Source of the DNA: Methanobacteriota archaeon
GTDB lineage: Archaea; Thermoplasmatota; Poseidoniia; Poseidoniales; Poseidoniaceae
Length of the DNA stretch: 36,956 bases
NCBI GenBank assembly: GCA_018650165.1
Contig: JABIGM010000053.1
Span: forward strand, 1-36,956
Reading direction: 5' to 3'
How positions within the stretch are numbered: position 1 is the first letter of the stretch; the number at the start of each line of letters is the position of its first letter. The notes beneath the pieces were generated by a model, which did not search any database, had not been told where the DNA came from, and worked only from the letters and a program-made list of their open reading frames with translations. Positions 32,401-36,956 of the stretch are shown here, piece after piece. A program made the position numbers and the translations under genes.

Positions 32401-35400
32401 ACCACAGTTACTGATTTGGTTAATGCGAATTTGAGTTCCTCATTTGAAATTTCAGAATTGGATGAAAAGTTAGTCATATCCATTATGGACTCTGATAAAC
32501 TAACTGTCTTCGAACTACTGCCCGGTTACAACTGGTCAATAGCAAAGGAATTGTGGCTATTGGGAGAGACCCAGGGACATAGTTTAGCAATGGACGGCCA
32601 AGTAATCTTGTTTGATGCAAACAATACGGTGCAAGGGCTGTTAATTGAGGACGGAGCCGGTTCTTGGGACCATTACTCAATGGAAATACCAGATACAAAT
32701 TCTACCCATCAAATACTCCAGGGCCAAAATCAACGTTGGCATGCTACGAGTACAAATGGAAATAATGAGTTAATTTGGACAACTGGAACAATTAATTCAA
32801 CAATTATTACTCAATCACCAGTTGTTTCAACAGCATTCCCTTCAATTATAACGCACTCTACAGTTCCTTTGAATGAAGTTGAGGGCACACTGATGTTTGC
32901 TTATTCACAATCCTCGACCGATGATTTCTATGCGATGAGGTTTGTTAGTGACCAAGATAGGGATTTAGTCCCAGACTCTCATGACGAAAAACCACAGATT
33001 GGCAACCAGTGGGCCGACTCTGATTTAGATGGCTTTGGAGATAATCCATTAGGGCCCTCTCCAGATGAATGCCCGTCTACCCCTGGAGGTTCCAGCTACG
33101 ATAGGAGTGGCTGTGCTGATTGGGATGGCGATGGCTGGTCAGATGTAGCAGACGATTGTGGGACCGATGATGGAACTTCATGGTGGGGCGAATTGGGCTG
33201 TGATGATTTAGACCAAGATGGCTGGACTGATGATGGAGTACTTGGTGATAGGTACCCTACAAATTGGAAACAAGCTTTAGATACGGACCGGGATTCCTTT
33301 GGAGACAATCATGGCCCAGACTGTTGTGATGTGACCGTATTAGGTGAACTTGAAACGAATACTCCAGATGTATTCCCTTACAACCGTAAGCAATGGGAAG
33401 ACAATGACAATGATGGTTATGGCGACAATGAATCCGACCATGAATTTGGTGACAAATGTTGGTGGATTCAAGGATTTTCTTGGGTTGACAGACTTGGTTG
33501 TGTAGATACTGATGGCGATGGTGTTTCTGATCCATCTGATTTTGGGACCCACCGTGAATGGAATACTGATGACGGAGCCGATTTATGGCCAGAAGATCGC
33601 ACACAATGGGCAGATACTGATGGTGATGGCTATGGTGACAATTCCTCAGATAACGCAACACTCCCAGACAAATATCCCACAAATCCAGCAGCAGCCAATG
33701 ATACAGATGGAGATAGTTATCCAAATAATTGGACCGCTCTCGAAGATGGTACAAACCGTGCTGGTTTGACTTTGGACAATTGTCCTAACTTAGCAGGGAC
33801 CTCGACCTCATCAGTAGACCCAGCCGGGGCTGTAGTGCCATATTATGGCTGCACAGACACCGATAATGATGGAAGAGAGGATTCAACAGATGCTTTCCCT
33901 GATGACCCAACGCAATTAGCAGATTCAGATGGTGATGGTTGGGGTGACAGCCTAACTGGTAATGACCCTGACTATTGTCCATATGAATTCGGTGTAATCA
34001 ACGGTACAAACGGAATCGGCTGCCCAATATTGGGTGAAGAATCTGATATTGATCAAGATGGAGTTGCAGACGAGTTTGATGATTGCGGTGATACACAGAT
34101 AGGTGAAGCAGTAGATGGAAACGGGTGTTCTGACCATCAAAAAGATGGCGACCAAGATTATGTCTCCGACGCCGATGATATGTGTTCCGATACACCGATT
34201 GGAGAATCAGTAGACGAGATTGGATGCTCAGATAGCCAAAAAGAAGTAGATTCAGACGAAGACGGAATATTCGACCCATTTGATTTGTGTCCCGATTCCA
34301 ATCCAGAATTAACAATTGATGCGAATGGATGTAATCTTGCTCAGAAAGATACCGATGGAGACGGAGTTAACGATTTGATGGACCAATGCCCTGGGACCGA
34401 GCAAGGACTCCCAGTGCTTCCTAGCAATGGTTGCTTAGATGAAGCAGCATTAGCCGAGGATATCGATGGCGATGGCTACAAGGGACCTTATTCTTACAAC
34501 CCAGATAATGACACACATGAAGGAGATGCGTTCCCGTTAGATATCACTCAATGGCATGATATGGATGGCGATGGCTATGGTGATTCACAATTACCTACTG
34601 CAAATAATTCAGATGATTGCCCCGAAGAATGGGGTAATTCTTCTATGAAATCTCGATATGGCTGTCTTGATTCTGATGGCGATGGATATCATGACTTACT
34701 AGGGGATGACAAGTTCCCTGTCGATGGAACTCAATGGGAAGATAAAGACCTAGACAGTTGGGGAGATAACCCTGAGGGGACTGATGCTGACCAGTGTTTG
34801 AACACAAGTACTGCAGGTGATAGAACCGCTCAAGCTCGAGTTAATTTTGGCTGTGCAGATTATCAATCTGATAACGATGGTGATGGTATTATGGATGATG
34901 TCGATGCCTGTCCAAATACAATAGCAGACGCCGAAGTATACCCAAGTGGTTGTAAGAAAGAAGAAGCAAAGGATACCAAATCTGATAGTGAATTGATTAT
35001 GGGTATGGACTCGATGATTTTCTTTGCAGCAGTTGGAGGCGGTGGCTTAATATTCGTAATTTTACTCATTTTCATAATTTCAAAATCAAGAGGTGGAGTT
35101 GATTTAGACTTCGATGATGATTGGGATGATGATGAAGACGACGATGATGAATATGAAGATGATTTCATGTCAAATATTCTAGGTGGTGCACAACCACGCG
35201 GACCAGAGACTGCTCCAGCACGTGGTCCAAGCCGAGGTCCAAGCCAAGGCCCACCGAGTGGAAGAGGCCCAGGTGGTCCAAGCCGAGGTCCAAGCCAAGG
35301 CCCACCAGGCGGAAGAGGCCCAAGTGGTCCAAGCCGGGAACCAACTAATTCACCAGACCCAAGAGGCCCAGCCCGTGGAAAGAAAGTGGCTAAGCGTAAA

Positions 35401-35616
35401 CCAATTGGCGATGGTGATGGTAAGGTGCGTAAGGCTAAGGTCACAATAGATCCTGATTTATTCTCTCAACAAGAACTCGGTGACAGAGTTGCGGCTGTAG
35501 ATTGGACGAAAGGTGCACTGCAAGATGGTGAATCGGAAAGAACAATTCTTATGCAACTACAAACTACTGGATGGTCGGCCCCCCAGTCCAGAGCAATTAT
35601 CGATTTGTCAAAGTAG
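29497..35616 (+). CDS. Giant single-pass surface protein: beta-propeller blades + 7 FG-GAP repeats + ~20 TSP3-like Ca-binding motifs + TM + ~180-aa cytoplasmic tail
   Basis: N-terminal signal segment; the start is GTG 29497 or ATG 29509. Seven FG-GAP blades lie between ~30526 and ~31650 (GDLNGDGRDDL, GDFNCDSIDDI, GDVESDGCDDL, GDINGDGYLDM, GDVHGDGYDDV, GDINEDGFDDF, FDLNGDGMGEI). DxDxDG repeats span ~32950-34900. TM at ~35014-35080. Confidence 0.92.
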   Translation: MKVSMSWRDKGIPILIFSIFIFQISGPMVPFPSEELSPNEVFEAQTIGLTSGSGHDLEGDTISVDGKSWTVRGESVLDYWNKNIHPESSNGSVDLVVTADGVGYACSINGTDINMHTMHLNGSFDTLLVETLATGQSSECAIGITAQNRIQIAYNVGDDLRFARLAEVNAVYQERTWHLRTIVEDSFNGGLTISLDSESQTNLIFQDTDMALHHVWFNKAYWNHTILDEGPIGDDIEVAIDSGDMIHVVYTNSAEGEVRLIKFNETLETRQVLIRGNTVSSAIGMDLDSNGIEQITYSKSDGLGHNTISLLRSLAGKDTGRIDPDAKWVINYDDDSVEGIVASGDLNGDGRDDLVYTDPDGNGTISIHYGSPDGPGALADRILVGSLSDSMLGSALAIGDFNCDSIDDIASSEAGLGTNNSGYISIRLGTSSGMSNNVWWEMNGSDDDNLGMSLTSLGDVESDGCDDLAVVANKMIEENAQPTLSKNGMVVIYSGNQTSMVHHANITQTESGTMFGRQVIGDGDINGDGYLDMVVSNTGDQLSPTGYSSVEFFLGSIDGMASTPSDTHSVSTQGRLYGFEMAFVGDVHGDGYDDVLISELYASTTLYQSGKVHMWDGSSSGPIANWTTTGNYANALLGQTISPAGDINEDGFDDFLMMAPSSSKSGKVDLYLGSATGPRSETQLFAQGASNENVGLNILAGFDLNGDGMGEILYSSRDLTRGDAFGPVLTIMSERDWEFIDFDFDHPVIGIDMSTPLRGSPSIMAMLSDSSLILLENTPDGTPSGRWVSRDLANADVARMGISNAGKPLVLLHSSSNLMTLTLTGNTAIESQLNSGTGLGISLGSFTDSSGNQRLGHASPTFSSIFYTEETATGFTTSTLRSNIDLLYPLGMHVDSNDLSRMVYVDDDDHMVRLATLNGTWDEISILNTTIGDDFDSVWDSDDTLIFAQIAVSNNSTMLQVVEYQNSTTTVTDLVNANLSSSFEISELDEKLVISIMDSDKLTVFELLPGYNWSIAKELWLLGETQGHSLAMDGQVILFDANNTVQGLLIEDGAGSWDHYSMEIPDTNSTHQILQGQNQRWHATSTNGNNELIWTTGTINSTIITQSPVVSTAFPSIITHSTVPLNEVEGTLMFAYSQSSTDDFYAMRFVSDQDRDLVPDSHDEKPQIGNQWADSDLDGFGDNPLGPSPDECPSTPGGSSYDRSGCADWDGDGWSDVADDCGTDDGTSWWGELGCDDLDQDGWTDDGVLGDRYPTNWKQALDTDRDSFGDNHGPDCCDVTVLGELETNTPDVFPYNRKQWEDNDNDGYGDNESDHEFGDKCWWIQGFSWVDRLGCVDTDGDGVSDPSDFGTHREWNTDDGADLWPEDRTQWADTDGDGYGDNSSDNATLPDKYPTNPAAANDTDGDSYPNNWTALEDGTNRAGLTLDNCPNLAGTSTSSVDPAGAVVPYYGCTDTDNDGREDSTDAFPDDPTQLADSDGDGWGDSLTGNDPDYCPYEFGVINGTNGIGCPILGEESDIDQDGVADEFDDCGDTQIGEAVDGNGCSDHQKDGDQDYVSDADDMCSDTPIGESVDEIGCSDSQKEVDSDEDGIFDPFDLCPDSNPELTIDANGCNLAQKDTDGDGVNDLMDQCPGTEQGLPVLPSNGCLDEAALAEDIDGDGYKGPYSYNPDNDTHEGDAFPLDITQWHDMDGDGYGDSQLPTANNSDDCPEEWGNSSMKSRYGCLDSDGDGYHDLLGDDKFPVDGTQWEDKDLDSWGDNPEGTDADQCLNTSTAGDRTAQARVNFGCADYQSDNDGDGIMDDVDACPNTIADAEVYPSGCKKEEAKDTKSDSELIMGMDSMIFFAAVGGGGLIFVILLIFIISKSRGGVDLDFDDDWDDDEDDDDEYEDDFMSNILGGAQPRGPETAPARGPSRGPSQGPPSGRGPGGPSRGPSQGPPGGRGPSGPSREPTNSPDPRGPARGKKVAKRKPIGDGDGKVRKAKVTIDPDLFSQQELGDRVAAVDWTKGALQDGESERTILMQLQTTGWSAPQSRAIIDLSK
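35224..35337 (+). repeat. In-frame 51-bp tandem duplication (2.2 copies) encoding GPSRGPSQGPP(S/G)GRGP(G/S)
   Basis: Units 35224-35274 and 35275-35325 are 47/51 identical, followed by a partial third copy. Confidence 0.9.
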
Positions 35617-35670
35617 TGAGGAAAATTGTAAGGCATCAGACTCAATAAGTACAGACCATTGGGATTACAA

Positions 35671-35679
35671 GAGGAGGGA
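35671..35679 (+). promoter_or_regulatory. Shine-Dalgarno GAGGAGGGA for the gene at 35686
   Basis: A purine-rich SD-like run 6 nt upstream of the ATG. Confidence 0.6.
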
Positions 35680-35685
35680 GAAACC

Positions 35686-36956
<1,271 letters not shown>

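Noticed and set aside
1349-34315. The remaining short (60-250 aa) ORFs nested in or antisense to long genes
   Set aside because: None shows a recognisable motif or RBS, and all lie within well-supported CDSs. They are expected by chance opposite acidic, codon-biased genes.
32950-34900. Calling the extracellular DxDxDG motifs EF-hands or dockerins
   Set aside because: They lack flanking helices and the position-12 Glu pattern. The context (DxCP, QW, GC) fits TSP3-like repeats.
34863-35449. 193-aa minus-strand ORF and 88-aa alternative-frame ORF over the Gly/Pro repeats
   Set aside because: These are shadows of low-complexity, stop-poor repeat sequence within the FG-GAP gene.

Overview
A densely coding 37-kb chromosomal window from an archaeon. 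The gene content, the acidic secreted proteins and the GGTGA/GAGGTG ribosome-binding sites best fit Marine Group II Euryarchaeota (Ca. Poseidoniales). That assignment is from pattern recall, not a database search. I find 19 credible CDSs, and no rRNA, tRNA, CRISPR array, transposase or integrase. Most of the window encodes large secreted or membrane-anchored surface proteins: a He_PIG-repeat/TCAF(FAM115)-type M60 metallopeptidase (5'-truncated), a 998-aa protein with three internal repeats, a beta-helix/PKD protein, a very acidic Tyr/Cys-repeat protein with a PGF-CTERM-like tail, an Asp-box propeller, two thrombospondin-type-3 (TSP3) Ca-binding repeat proteins, and an Ig-like protein with a Trp-rich tail. 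Among them are a GT2/GT4 glycosyltransferase pair, a DUF4105/Lnb-like Cys-His enzyme, a wHTH-STAND NTPase, two stand-alone Lrp RAM domains and housekeeping genes (TYW2/Taw2-like, uvrC, thiamine pyrophosphokinase). The best candidate for an undescribed system is at the right end. A ~2,035-aa single-pass protein carries a 7-blade FG-GAP (integrin-alpha-type) propeller, ~20 TSP3 Ca-binding motifs and a long patterned cytoplasmic tail. Directly after it, a gene missing from the ORF track (35686 to the window end) encodes a signal-less protein with VPLP and (PE)13 repeats, a tandem EF-hand pair and a >=31-Gln tract. Functional links between these genes are inference only.
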